Below are positions 46,782 through 56,826 of a stretch of 64,000 bases of DNA, piece after piece. A program made the position numbers and the translations under genes. Every line of letters begins with the position of its first letter. Within the stretch, counting starts at the first letter, position 1. Origin of the DNA: Dehalococcoidia bacterium (lineage in GTDB: Bacteria > Chloroflexota > Dehalococcoidia > SM23-28-2 > RBG-16-64-32); the NCBI GenBank assembly GCA_963665775.2, contig CAXXTF010000002.1:1280001-1344000 (forward strand), written 5' to 3'. A model generated the notes under the pieces. It did not search any database. It was given only the letters and a program-made list of their open reading frames with translations, and was not told the DNA's origin.

Positions 46782-47423
46782 TCACTCACCCGCCGGCGAG
46801 TGACCCCCCGTATGAGCGTGGCTGTGGCGACTCTCCAGCTCCGCCCGATCCTTGGCCGTCCGGAGAAGCCCCTGGGTGATATCTTCCAGGTCCTCTAGCT
46901 CCTCCACCGACAGTTCGTCGATGCGCTGCAGATAGTAGTTGACCGTGTCGACGAGCTGGCGCTTGGGCCGGCGCCAGGTCAGCAGGAAGTAGGAGCTGAA
47001 GGCGGCGATCACGCTTCCGAAGAATAGGCCAACGCTGACCACGGTGTAGATAGACCCAACTATTCGCCCACCCACGGTCAGCAGCTCAACGTTGCTGTGT
47101 CCAACCGTGCTGAATGCTGACACCGCCCACCAAAGCCCTACCCAGTAGGACGTTACCTGCGAATCGTCGGCCGCCCGCTCAAGGAAGAAAATGGGGATGG
47201 GCGCCAGCGCAACCAGAAGCGCAAGGACAGCCATGACCGGCAGCACCGGCGTCTGAGTTAGGAGATCGGTGAAGAAGTCGAACGCCGCTACGAAGGGTCC
47301 GCCCACCCTCCGTTCGATGATCGGAAGGCGATGCCTGTGGCTCCGCATGCGCAGAACCCGGTCGCCCGGTTTGACCGTGCGGATCTCGCGCGGGTCAGCC
47401 CCCTGTCGTAGATCATCAGCCAT
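46782..47423 (-). CDS. Two-TM ion-channel (KcsA/Ion_trans_2-like) protein with atypical filter
   Basis: TM, pore helix (GLWWAVSAFSTVGHSN), then TVGGRIVG and TM. Confidence 0.8.
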   Translation of the reverse strand: MADDLRQGADPREIRTVKPGDRVLRMRSHRHRLPIIERRVGGPFVAAFDFFTDLLTQTPVLPVMAVLALLVALAPIPIFFLERAADDSQVTSYWVGLWWAVSAFSTVGHSNVELLTVGGRIVGSIYTVVSVGLFFGSVIAAFSSYFLLTWRRPKRQLVDTVNYYLQRIDELSVEELEDLEDITQGLLRTAKDRAELESRHSHAHTGGHSPAGE

Positions 47424-47574
47424 AGCAGCAGTCAGCCTTCCGCCTCATCTTACCCCCTGGGAGAACGTCAGGCACGGGGCCAACAGGCGTCGTACAACGA
47501 TTAACGACCGGATCCACCACAGCCGCAAACGGCGGCCCGGCCAGAGAGCGTCTGCTTCGCCTGACTGCCGGTGG

Positions 47575-50277
47575 TCATTCAGCCAAACCCCGACCGCTGC
47601 CTCGGCTAACGCCCTGTTCAGCTTCACGGTCACCGGCTTCGCCGGCGCCCTGCTCCGCCGATTCCTCACCTGGCTGCTCTTGCCCGCCCACCGGTATGAA
47701 CAGGATATCACCCGCCCCGACCTCGCTATCCTCGGTCAGACCGTTGGCCAAGAGCAACGCTGTCAGATCGACTCCAAACTGCTCGGCGATGCTGACCAGC
47801 GTGTCGCCGTCCTTAACCACATATAACGCTCGGGCCGGTTCCTCACCCGGCTGCTCTTGCCCGCCCACCGGTATGAACAGGATATCACCCGCCCCGACCT
47901 CGCTATCCTCGGTTAGACCGTTGGCCAAGAGCAACTCTGCCAGACCGACCCCAAACTGCGCGGCGATGCTGGCCAGCGTGTCGCCGTCCTTAAACACATA
48001 TATCGCTTGGGCCGGTGGCGTGGCCGTAGGATCGGGGGTCGGCGTTGGCGTCGCTCGGGGTGGGAATACGGGCACGCTGCCTTCGTACGGCGACCGGCAG
48101 GCACCGGGCTTCGTCGGGCCCACATTCAGGACGAAGAACTCCGTGCTCCCATCACTAGCGCTGCAGGTGCTGGTAACCACGCTGGCGGGAACGACAAATG
48201 ACCGCGGCGGCAGTTCCAGGTAGGCGTGGGCCTCCAACATGAAACTGTTCCACATGGGCCCCGCTCCATCACCGCTGAACGTCTTCTCAGCCATGGCCAC
48301 ATCGTCCGCGTTGCCCATCCACACCCCCACCGCCAGATCCCGCGTGTACCCCAATAGCAGGCTGTCCCGGAACTCCTGGCTGGTCCCCGTCTTGGTGGCC
48401 GCTGGCCGATCGATGGTCAACCGGCTCCAACGGATGGCGTCTTTGGACAGGATATCGGTGATCAGGTAGGCGTATGCCGGCTCCACGACCTGCCGCTCTT
48501 CCGGCGTCGTGTATTCGTAGATCAGGCTGCCGTTGGCATCCTCGATCCTCAGCACCGCCACGGGATCGAGATCCCGTAAGCCGTCCGGTAGATCCAGCAA
48601 GGTGGGCTGACCCTTCATCACGCCGGTATTGGCGAAGACGCTATAGGCGTAGGCCATATCCAGCAGCTTCACCTCGCAGGAGCCCAGGGTGATCGACCAG
48701 CTACAGTCGTCAAGCCGCCGGTCTGTGATCCCCATGCTGTACGCCGTCTTCCGCGCCTCATCGACCCCCACCTCGACCACCGTCGTCACCGCCGACACGT
48801 TGATCGACTGTGAAAGCGCCGTGCGGACGGTTATTTCCGGTGGGTCGTGATGGCTCAAATTCCAGTTCTCGACCTCGTGCGCTCGTCCCAGATCATCATC
48901 CAGCTCCAGCGGCTCGTCCAGGACGATGGTTGATGGCAGCCACCCCTGCTTAAACGCGGCCAGGTAGGTGAACACCTTCATCGTTGAGCCCTGAGACTGC
49001 AGAGAGGTGATAATGTCCACCTGGCCGTCGATATCCTCCCGGAAGAAGTCGCGGCTGCCTACGTAGGTCAGGATCTCGCCGGTCTCCGGCCGTATCGCCA
49101 CCAGGGCCCCGTTGTGGCCGCCGGTGGCCTCCTCGTTGGCGCTGATGACATCCTCCACGATCCGCTCGCCGATGCCCTGCAACTCCAGGTCTAGGCTGGT
49201 GACGATACGGAGCCCGCCTCGGATTACAACGTTGTCACAGGTGATTCCGTCCGAGGGCTCGAATATCCTCTGCTCGCACATAGTGGTGACCTGTTCCTCC
49301 ACGTATAGCACGAAGTGCGGAGCCCTAATCGTCAGGTTCGGATCAACGAACTCCAACTCTTCCCGCCTGGCAGCCTCAATCTCCGCCACCGTGATGGGCT
49401 GGCCCATATCGACTACCCAGGAGATCCTGTTGATCGTATCCAGGTGTTTAAGCATCAGGTCCAGGACATCGGATTGGCGAGCCTTGGCCCGCTCCAGATT
49501 CTCGGGCAGCGCCGGCGTGAACAGGCCGGGGGCCTGCGGGATACCCGCCAACATCGCCGCTTCGGCCAGGGTCAGGTTCGCGACGTTCTTGCCGAAGTAA
49601 CGCTGGGCCGCCGCTTCGGCGCCGATGGCGAAGTTGCCGTACGGTATCTGGTTCAGATACCACTCCAGGATCTGGTCGTTGTCGTAGGCGCGCTTGAGCT
49701 CCAGAGCGACTACCGCCTCCTTAATCTTCCGCTCGATCTTCCGGTTGATATCCTGATCGAACCGCTCCTCCGGAGTGAAATAGACGTTCTTCACCAGCTG
49801 CTGGGTGATGGAGCTGCCCCCGCTCCCCTCGCCGAACCCCTCTCCCCCCAGGGACTCCGGCAGGTTCGTGCGGAAGGCCCGCAGGAGTCCGTTCACGTTT
49901 AGCCCTGGGTTCTCGTAGAAGCTGGCGTCCTCCGTGGCTACCGTCGCCGCGATCAGATAGGGCGAGATATCAGCTATGGGTACCGGGTCCCGTAGCTCGC
50001 CCACCGGGTCGATGAACTCGAACAGGAACTCCCCATTACGGTCGTAGACCAGGCTAGTCCTGATGCTGGCCTCGCTGATCAGCTCCTGCGGCGACTTCAG
50101 GTCACTGGCGTACGACTGATACACCAGGAACCCAACTACAGCCGCAGCGATAACGCCAGAGAAAGCGAACAGGAAGATTAGGCCCAGCAGCATGCTCCAG
50201 CGCGACCGCGCAGTGCGGCCCCGCTGGATCTGAACCCGCCGGGCACGATTCCGCCTAAACCGGTATAAGCTGGACAC
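47575..50277 (-). CDS. Class A penicillin-binding protein with two C-terminal LysM domains
   Basis: GT51 motifs (ATEDASF, GSSITQQLVKN); transpeptidase STMK, SIN, KTG; two LysM domains (Y..KDGDTL.SIA.QFGV). Confidence 0.92.
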   Translation of the reverse strand: MSSLYRFRRNRARRVQIQRGRTARSRWSMLLGLIFLFAFSGVIAAAVVGFLVYQSYASDLKSPQELISEASIRTSLVYDRNGEFLFEFIDPVGELRDPVPIADISPYLIAATVATEDASFYENPGLNVNGLLRAFRTNLPESLGGEGFGEGSGGSSITQQLVKNVYFTPEERFDQDINRKIERKIKEAVVALELKRAYDNDQILEWYLNQIPYGNFAIGAEAAAQRYFGKNVANLTLAEAAMLAGIPQAPGLFTPALPENLERAKARQSDVLDLMLKHLDTINRISWVVDMGQPITVAEIEAARREELEFVDPNLTIRAPHFVLYVEEQVTTMCEQRIFEPSDGITCDNVVIRGGLRIVTSLDLELQGIGERIVEDVISANEEATGGHNGALVAIRPETGEILTYVGSRDFFREDIDGQVDIITSLQSQGSTMKVFTYLAAFKQGWLPSTIVLDEPLELDDDLGRAHEVENWNLSHHDPPEITVRTALSQSINVSAVTTVVEVGVDEARKTAYSMGITDRRLDDCSWSITLGSCEVKLLDMAYAYSVFANTGVMKGQPTLLDLPDGLRDLDPVAVLRIEDANGSLIYEYTTPEERQVVEPAYAYLITDILSKDAIRWSRLTIDRPAATKTGTSQEFRDSLLLGYTRDLAVGVWMGNADDVAMAEKTFSGDGAGPMWNSFMLEAHAYLELPPRSFVVPASVVTSTCSASDGSTEFFVLNVGPTKPGACRSPYEGSVPVFPPRATPTPTPDPTATPPAQAIYVFKDGDTLASIAAQFGVGLAELLLANGLTEDSEVGAGDILFIPVGGQEQPGEEPARALYVVKDGDTLVSIAEQFGVDLTALLLANGLTEDSEVGAGDILFIPVGGQEQPGEESAEQGAGEAGDREAEQGVSRGSGRGLAE
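47662..48001. repeat. 177-bp tandem duplication encoding the two LysM domains
   Basis: Near-identical blocks start at 47662 and 47839. Confidence 0.85.
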
Positions 50278-50284
50278 AGATCGA

Positions 50285-51028
50285 TTAAACCTTCTCTAAT
50301 ACAACGAAGTGCGAGAGTCCGAAGATTCGCAACGGCGTTGTCTCCAGGGGATAGAGCAGCGCCCGCAGCGCCCGGCCCACCAACTTCCGTCGCGCCGCCA
50401 CATGGTCAAAGCCCGGAAAGACGTAGCTGTGCACCAGCGGCCGCAACCCGGCCCACCGGTACAGACGACGCAGCCTCCCCCTGGTGTAGGCCCGGGCGTG
50501 AGGCACCAGCCGCCCTCTGAGAATGTCCGGCAGGTAGTTCACCAGGGGCACGTTACCGAAAACATACCGCTTGCCGAGGAAGACCCCGTGCGTCTCAAAG
50601 GGATACAGACGGTTAGGGCAGAAGACCACAACCCGCCCTCCCGGCGCCAGCACCCGCCCCGCCTCGCGCAGCGTCCTCCGGTCGTCCGTCACGTGCTCCA
50701 GCACCTCGTGCAGCAGCACCACGTCGAACGACCGATCGGCGAAAGGTAGGTTCTCGCCGACGGCCAGCGCCAGGTTCGGCACCTCCTGGCCCCCCTGGGC
50801 CACCCACTCGGCGTCCACGTCCACGCCACACACCCGGGGCGAGAACTCACGCAGGCGCCTCACGAAGGCCCCCACCCCACAGCCGATGTCCAGGATGCGC
50901 CTATCCTCAAGGCTAACGTGGCTGCGCATCATCTCCAGCCGCCGCTCCAGCCCCCGCGTCCATATCTGGCTAGGATGCCCCAACCTTGCTCGTTTGTCTG
51001 CGGTTTGAACCGCCACCCTTCCGCTCAC
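50285..51028 (-). CDS. Class I SAM-dependent methyltransferase
   Basis: ILDIGCGVG, LPFADRSFDVV, EVLEHV, LAPGG. Confidence 0.9.
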   Translation of the reverse strand: MSGRVAVQTADKRARLGHPSQIWTRGLERRLEMMRSHVSLEDRRILDIGCGVGAFVRRLREFSPRVCGVDVDAEWVAQGGQEVPNLALAVGENLPFADRSFDVVLLHEVLEHVTDDRRTLREAGRVLAPGGRVVVFCPNRLYPFETHGVFLGKRYVFGNVPLVNYLPDILRGRLVPHARAYTRGRLRRLYRWAGLRPLVHSYVFPGFDHVAARRKLVGRALRALLYPLETTPLRIFGLSHFVVLEKV

Positions 51029-51114
51029 GGTACTCCCATGCTATCAACTGCAGCGTCTCTCGTTCCATCCCCTGCCCGGCCTCATCACCCCACTCTTCCT
51101 GTTAAACGTGCCGC

Positions 51115-51123
51115 TGATATAAT
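51115..51123 (+). promoter_or_regulatory. Extended -10 promoter of gatCA
   Basis: TGaTATAAT upstream of the GAGGAGGT SD. Confidence 0.6.
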
Positions 51124-51150
51124 GGTTTCCGTTCAGACAGAGGAGGTGCT

Positions 51151-51441
51151 TTGCCCTTATCCCGCGAAGAGGTCCAGCATATCGCCCAACTCGCCCGCGT
51201 CGGCCTTGACGAGGACGAGACCGCCCGCTTCCGCGACCACCTTTCCCAGATCCTGGACTACTTCGAGCGCCTGCACCAGGTAGACACCGAAGGCGTCCCC
51301 CCCACCGCCCACACACTGCCCCTCCAGAACGTCGTGCGGGCCGACGAGCCACAACCATCGCACGACAAGGAGGAGGTGCTGGCCAACGCCCCCCGCCGCG
51401 AGGAGGACCTCTTCCGCGTGGAGGCGATCCTGGAAGAATAG
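51151..51441 (+). CDS. gatC: Asp/Glu-tRNA amidotransferase subunit C
   Basis: REEVQHIAQLAR, VDTEGVPPT, LANAP; TTG start with strong SD. Confidence 0.95.
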   Translation: MPLSREEVQHIAQLARVGLDEDETARFRDHLSQILDYFERLHQVDTEGVPPTAHTLPLQNVVRADEPQPSHDKEEVLANAPRREEDLFRVEAILEE

Positions 51442-51462
51442 GATTGACCACATCCATCTGTC

Positions 51463-52941
51463 ATGCCTGACCCCCTCTACAGCCTGACCCTCCAGGAGGC
51501 CGCCAACCTCCTGCGCCGCCGCGAACTCTCCTCCCTCGAACTGACCCAGGACGCCTTTCAGCGCATCCGCCAGACGGACGAACGCATCCACGCCTTCCTC
51601 ACCGTTACCGAGGAGCTGGCTACGGAGCAGGCCCGCCAGGCCGACGAGCGCATCGCCCGCGGGGAAGGCGGCCCGCTCACCGGCATCCCCGCCGCTATCA
51701 AGGACCTGATCTGCACCAGGGGCGTCCGCACCACCTGCGGCTCCCGCATCCTGGAGAACTTCGTTCCCCCTTACGATGCCACCGTCGTCCGGCAGCTCCA
51801 AGAGGCCGGCCTCGTCATGGTGGGCAAGACCAACATGGACGAGTTCGCCATGGGCTCCTCCGGCGAGAACTCCGCCTTCGGACCTACCCATAACCCCTGG
51901 GCCCTGGACCGGGCCCCCGGCGGCTCCTCCTCCGGCTCGGCCGCTGCCGTCGCCGCCGGCATGGCCTTCTACGCCCTCGGCTCCGATACCGGGGGCAGCG
52001 TGCGTCTGCCCGCCAGCTTTTGCGGGGTCGTAGGCCTCAAGCCCACCTACGGCCGCGTCTCCCGTTACGGCCTGGTTGCCTTCGCCTCCTCCCTGGACCA
52101 GATCGGCCCCTTCACTCGCTCCGTCCGCGACGCCGCCCTCGTCTTCCAGGGGATCGCCGGCCACGATCCCCACGACTCCAACTCCGCCCCCCTGGACGCC
52201 CCGGACCTGACCGAGGCCCTCGTGCCCGACCTGCGGGGCACCCGCGTCGGCGTCCCACGGGAGTACTTCGTGGAGGGGATGGACCCCGCCGTCCGTGAGG
52301 CCGTGGAGGCCGCCGTCAACCAGATGGGAGCCCTGGGCGCCGAGATTGACTGGGAGGTCTCCCTGCCCTCCACTCCTCACGCCCTGGCCGTCTACTACAT
52401 CATCGCTCCCTCCGAAGCCTCCGCCAACCTGGCCCGCTACGACGGCGTCAAGTACGGCTACTCCTATATCGAGGGCGATAGCATGTGGGAGAACATGGAG
52501 AAGACCCGCCAGCTGGGCTTCGGCGACGAGGTGAAGCGCCGGATCATGCTGGGCACCTACGCCCTCTCCGCCGGCTACTACGACGCCTACTACCTGAAGG
52601 CCCAGAAAGTGCGCACCCTCATCCGGCGCGAGTTCGACGCCGCCTTTCAGACCCACGATGTCCTGGTCACCCCCGTCTCGCCCACGCCCGCCTTCAAGCT
52701 CGGTGAGAACATCGACGACCCCCTCCAGATGTATCTAGGCGATGTGTGCACCATACCCGTCAACATCGCCGGTCTGCCCGGCATCTCGGTCCCCTGCGGC
52801 TTCAGTGAGGCCGCCGACGGCGCCCGTCTCCCCATCGGCGTCCAGATCCTGGCCAAGCCGTTCGACGAAGCCGCCCTCTTCCGCGTCGCTCACGCCTACG
52901 AGCAGGCGACGGACTGGCACACGGCGCGGCCGCCGCTCTAG
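51463..52941 (+). CDS. gatA: Asp/Glu-tRNA amidotransferase subunit A
   Basis: [47 protein letters not shown]. Confidence 0.97.
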   Translation: MPDPLYSLTLQEAANLLRRRELSSLELTQDAFQRIRQTDERIHAFLTVTEELATEQARQADERIARGEGGPLTGIPAAIKDLICTRGVRTTCGSRILENFVPPYDATVVRQLQEAGLVMVGKTNMDEFAMGSSGENSAFGPTHNPWALDRAPGGSSSGSAAAVAAGMAFYALGSDTGGSVRLPASFCGVVGLKPTYGRVSRYGLVAFASSLDQIGPFTRSVRDAALVFQGIAGHDPHDSNSAPLDAPDLTEALVPDLRGTRVGVPREYFVEGMDPAVREAVEAAVNQMGALGAEIDWEVSLPSTPHALAVYYIIAPSEASANLARYDGVKYGYSYIEGDSMWENMEKTRQLGFGDEVKRRIMLGTYALSAGYYDAYYLKAQKVRTLIRREFDAAFQTHDVLVTPVSPTPAFKLGENIDDPLQMYLGDVCTIPVNIAGLPGISVPCGFSEAADGARLPIGVQILAKPFDEAALFRVAHAYEQATDWHTARPPL

Positions 52942-53040
52942 GCGCCCTCCGGCACCGGTAATCGCTACGCCCTACGAACCTGGTGACATTAAATTAGGCC
53001 TCTGTTACCATTCCCCTATCCCCCCAGCAGACGGACGCAC

Positions 53041-54237
53041 TTGGAAGGAACCAGGTTGACCGAAGGCCCCCGTACCAGCCAAAGAGATCGGTACTCCCGG
53101 AAGGTCCAGGCTATCCCCTCTTCCGGCATCCGCCGCTTCTTCGAGCTCACGGCCAACATGGACGACGTCATCTCCCTGGGCGTGGGCGAGCCCGACTTCG
53201 TGACGCCGGAGCGCTTCTCGGCCGCCGCCTTCGACGCCGTCCGCCGGGGCGACACCCACTACACCTCCAACTACGGCCTCCCGGAGCTGCGCGAGGCGAT
53301 CGCTGACCATCTGGAACGGCTCTACGGCGTCCGCTACGACCCTGCCAGGGAGATCGTCGTCACCGTCGGCGTCTCCGAGGGCCTCCTGCTGGCCACACAC
53401 GCCCTCCTGGACCCCGGCGACGAGCTCCTCTCCCCTGACCCCTACTACGTCGCCTATCTGCCCGCCTGCATCCTCGCCGGCGGCACCTTCGTCCCCGTTC
53501 CCACCTCCATGGAGCACGGCTTTCGCGTCTCCGCCCAGGAGCTGGAGGCGAAGATCACGGATCGCACGAGAGCGATCCTCCTGGGCTACCCCGCCAACCC
53601 CACCGGCGCCCAGATGACCCGCGAAGAGCTGGCCGAGATAGCCGACCTCGCCGCCCGGCGCGACCTCGTCGTCATCTCCGACGAGATCTACGACCGCCTC
53701 TCCTACGGAATCGATCACACCTGCTTCGCCTCCCTGCCCGGCATGCGCGAGCGCACCGTCCTCCTGGGCGGCCTCTCCAAGGCCTACGCGATGACCGGCT
53801 GGCGGGTGGGCTGGGTGTGCGCCCCCACCGACATCCTGGAAGCGATGATGAAGATCCACCAGTACATCATCATGTCGGCGCCCACCCCCTCCCAGTTCGC
53901 CGCCCTGGAGGCGCTCCGCCACGGCGAGGAGGACGCCCAGCGCTTCCTGGCCGAATTCGACGCCCGCCGCCGGCTCATCGTCCCCGGCCTCAACGATATC
54001 GGCCTCACTACGTCCGAGCCCAAGGGGGCTTTCTACGCCTTCCCGTCCATCCGCTCAACCGGCCTCAACGAAATTGAGTTCGCCGAGCGGCTCCTTAAGG
54101 AGGCGAGGGTGGCGGTCATCCCCGGCTCCGCCTTCGGCGAATGCGGTCGCGGCCACGTCCGCGTCTGCTATACCGCCCCCCGGCCGCTGCTGGAAGAGGC
54201 GCTGGAGCGCATCCGCCGGTTCGTGGCCGGACTCTAG
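53041..54237 (+). CDS. Class I/II PLP aminotransferase
   Basis: SLGVGEPDF, NPTG, SDEIY, SKAYAMTGWRVG. Confidence 0.93.
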   Translation: MEGTRLTEGPRTSQRDRYSRKVQAIPSSGIRRFFELTANMDDVISLGVGEPDFVTPERFSAAAFDAVRRGDTHYTSNYGLPELREAIADHLERLYGVRYDPAREIVVTVGVSEGLLLATHALLDPGDELLSPDPYYVAYLPACILAGGTFVPVPTSMEHGFRVSAQELEAKITDRTRAILLGYPANPTGAQMTREELAEIADLAARRDLVVISDEIYDRLSYGIDHTCFASLPGMRERTVLLGGLSKAYAMTGWRVGWVCAPTDILEAMMKIHQYIIMSAPTPSQFAALEALRHGEEDAQRFLAEFDARRRLIVPGLNDIGLTTSEPKGAFYAFPSIRSTGLNEIEFAERLLKEARVAVIPGSAFGECGRGHVRVCYTAPRPLLEEALERIRRFVAGL

Positions 54238-54244
54238 CCCTTAG

Positions 54245-55948
54245 CCCGAATCCACCGAAGGACACGGATGGACGGCGTGAGGACAGCGGAAGGGGGTGGG
54301 TGAGGGAGCTACAGGGGAGATGGCCTGGGGTCTTGGGGTAGATGGGAGGCCGGCGGACGGTCTTCAGTCGCCGCACAGGGCCCCTAAGGCCCTATGCGGG
54401 AGTTGCGATGCGCGGGATGACGAGAGGATACGCAGCAGGGGACTCTCGCGACCGGGGTGGCGCGAGATTGCGGGGACGTTGGGTCAGTTGCAGGCTGGCC
54501 GTCAGGCCGGGAATGGAATGGCTTGCAGCCGGGCCAAGGCGCGACTGAACTGGGTTTCCCAAGGCCAGCGCCGGGGGAGATGCAAAGTGAGGCGGCGCGC
54601 CGAGCGGGTGATCCGTCCCACCAGAGCGAAGACCCGCCGCCTGAGGGTCTTGGTGGTCACGATCTGCTGACCCAGGCCGATGCGGGCTGTCCAGCGGGCC
54701 AGGTTATGCGCCATCACCTGGACCGCCAGCCAGGCGCCGTTGGCGGCGAAGCGCCCCGACGGCATGTGGTTCAGCCCGACGCCGTACTTGAGGTCGCGTA
54801 TGGCGTTCTCGACCTCGGCGTGGCGGCGATGATCGGCCTCCAGTTCCAGCGTCTCCCCATCGCGGTCGGTGATGAAGGCGTGATAGCTGTATCTGGCGAA
54901 GAGGGCGAGCTGGGAACCGGGCGTCGGCTTCACCCGCCGGACAATGAGCCGCACCGGCGCGGCGTCCGGCTTGGTCTGGAACGGGGTGTAAGTCGTCTCG
55001 GCGACATCGGCGGCGCCGTCCATCCAGTAGGGAATGGGAGTCCAGTCCTCCTCTGGTATCGCCTCGATCAGGTCCCGCAGGCTGGCGCGCTGGCGGATGG
55101 TGATAGAGAAGCGGACATCCATTTCCCGGCAGGCGGCAACGACAGTGTGGGCGTAGAAGCCGCTGTCGGCCCGCACCGTGAGTTGTCCCCTGGCCCCGCC
55201 GTAGCGCACCCGCCCCACCGTCTCACGCAGGAAGTGGGCGGCGCCACGGGCGGTGTTGGCCCGGCCCTCGCGCAGCCGGGACATCAGCACCTCGCCGGTG
55301 CCGGCGGCAATGGCCAGCAGCGGGTGATAGCCGCGGGCGCCGGTATAGCCGTGGTGGCGCGCTCCCTCCTTGGCCAGTCCATAGGTCTCGCAGATGGTCG
55401 AGTCCAGGTCGATGGTCAGGGGCGAGTCGCCGGGTCCGGCCCCAGCGGCCCAGGCCCGGGCCAACAACTGGCGGCTCACGCGGTCGAGTTGACGGACATG
55501 CCCCCACCGGAAGCTGCGCAGGAAGGTCCCCAGGGTGGATGGCGCCTTGACCACGCAGCCTAGAACACCGACCGTCCCACCAGCGCGCAGCGCATCGGCG
55601 TCGTCGATGCAGTCGCCGCCTGCCAGCGCGGAAGCGACCAGCGTCAGCATCTTGTCCCCAGTGTTCGCCCGTCCCGGCGCTCCGCCGAGGTCAAGGTGAT
55701 GGTCGACGAGTTCCCGCAGGCCCAGGTGCCGGGCTAGGGTGGCTGGCAGGAGCAGGCCGGCATTGGCCACCAGGCGATGGTCGTCAAAGAGGATGCGGAT
55801 ACGGTCGGGTTTGTTCTGTGGCAGCATCTATTGGGTGCTCCTTATTTCCGGGCTGGTTTCTGTTCCAAAACCATTATCCCAGATTCAGAGGAGCACCCGA
55901 TGGCTTCTTCAAGGACTGTCCCCAAGGCCGTCCTTCGGTGGATTCGGG
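54245..55948 (-). mobile_element. IS1380-family insertion sequence, 1704 bp
   Basis: Perfect 19-bp terminal IRs CCCGAATCCACCGAAGGAC (54245-54263 and 55930-55948); 5-bp TSD CTTAG at 54240-54244 and 55949-55953. Confidence 0.93.
54502..55827 (-). CDS. IS1380 DDE transposase
   Basis: APSTLGTF, IDLDST, GYHPL, RADSGF, ENAIRDLK; ORF intact. Confidence 0.93.
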   Translation of the reverse strand: MLPQNKPDRIRILFDDHRLVANAGLLLPATLARHLGLRELVDHHLDLGGAPGRANTGDKMLTLVASALAGGDCIDDADALRAGGTVGVLGCVVKAPSTLGTFLRSFRWGHVRQLDRVSRQLLARAWAAGAGPGDSPLTIDLDSTICETYGLAKEGARHHGYTGARGYHPLLAIAAGTGEVLMSRLREGRANTARGAAHFLRETVGRVRYGGARGQLTVRADSGFYAHTVVAACREMDVRFSITIRQRASLRDLIEAIPEEDWTPIPYWMDGAADVAETTYTPFQTKPDAAPVRLIVRRVKPTPGSQLALFARYSYHAFITDRDGETLELEADHRRHAEVENAIRDLKYGVGLNHMPSGRFAANGAWLAVQVMAHNLARWTARIGLGQQIVTTKTLRRRVFALVGRITRSARRLTLHLPRRWPWETQFSRALARLQAIPFPA

Positions 55949-56020
55949 CTTAGGGAACCCGCGGACTCCTAACGTTTCACCTGCGCCGGGTCACAGCCTC
56001 GCCTAGCGCCGGGGCATCTC

Positions 56021-56818
56021 CTACCTCCGTCCGAGGTATTCCCTCACGGCAGCGGGTGCCCCCGACACCACCCCCCGGCTGCGGAGGCTCGGCGGGCCGC
56101 CATCCTCATCGACCACGAGGCCACCGCCCTCGCCGGCCAGAACGATCCCCGCAGCCACGTCCCAAGGGTACAGGAAACGGTGCACGAACAGGTCGTAGCG
56201 GCCGCAGGCGGCGTAGGCCAGCCCCAGGGCGGCGCTCCCCATTATCCGCACGCTCTGCACCCCGGGCCAGAGCCCGCCCAGCACCGCGATGAGCCGCGCC
56301 GCCCGCTCGTCATCGTAGCCCAGGTCCATCCCCAGAACCGACTGCTTGAGGGAAGGGCTGCTCGATGCCTGCGCCGGCTCTCCGTTCACGGTGAGACCGC
56401 TGCCCGTCTGGGCGAAGAAGACGTCGCCTGTGGCCGGCGCGTAGGTCAGCCCCAGCACCGGCTCCCCGTCACGACAGAGGGCGATGTTGAAGGCGAAGTA
56501 GGGGATCCCCTGCGTGAAATTGTGGGTCCCGTCCAGGGGGTCCACCACCCACAGCCATCCTTCCTCCGTAGAACCATCGTTCGCGGCCTCCTCGGAGAGG
56601 ATGGCGTGCTGCGGGTACTCATCGCGCAGCAGCCCCAGGACGGCACGCTCGGCGGCCAGGTCGGCGTCGGTGACGAAGTTGCCGCGGCCCTTGGCCACAG
56701 CCACCATCCGCTCGTGCCGTCCGAAGTGGGCCATGATAATCCGACCCGCCTCCTGGGCGCACAGCCGGGCCACTTCCTCGGCGCTCTTGCCGCTGGCCGA
56801 GGCGGGGAGTTCAACCAT
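56021..56818 (-). CDS. Inositol monophosphatase family protein
   Basis: FVTDADLAAE, SEE, WVVDPLDGTHNF, GSAAL, PWDVAAG; start moved to the ATG at 56818. Confidence 0.92.
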   Translation of the reverse strand: MVELPASASGKSAEEVARLCAQEAGRIIMAHFGRHERMVAVAKGRGNFVTDADLAAERAVLGLLRDEYPQHAILSEEAANDGSTEEGWLWVVDPLDGTHNFTQGIPYFAFNIALCRDGEPVLGLTYAPATGDVFFAQTGSGLTVNGEPAQASSSPSLKQSVLGMDLGYDDERAARLIAVLGGLWPGVQSVRIMGSAALGLAYAACGRYDLFVHRFLYPWDVAAGIVLAGEGGGLVVDEDGGPPSLRSRGVVSGAPAAVREYLGRR

Positions 56819-56826
56819 CGGCTCGC

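Noticed and set aside
51157-52656. 499-aa minus-strand ORF, and similar long antisense ORFs (44158-45396, 41026-42111, 54457-55563, 57457-59250, 62255-63292)
   Set aside because: Antisense shadows of well-supported genes; expected in high-GC DNA with strong codon bias.
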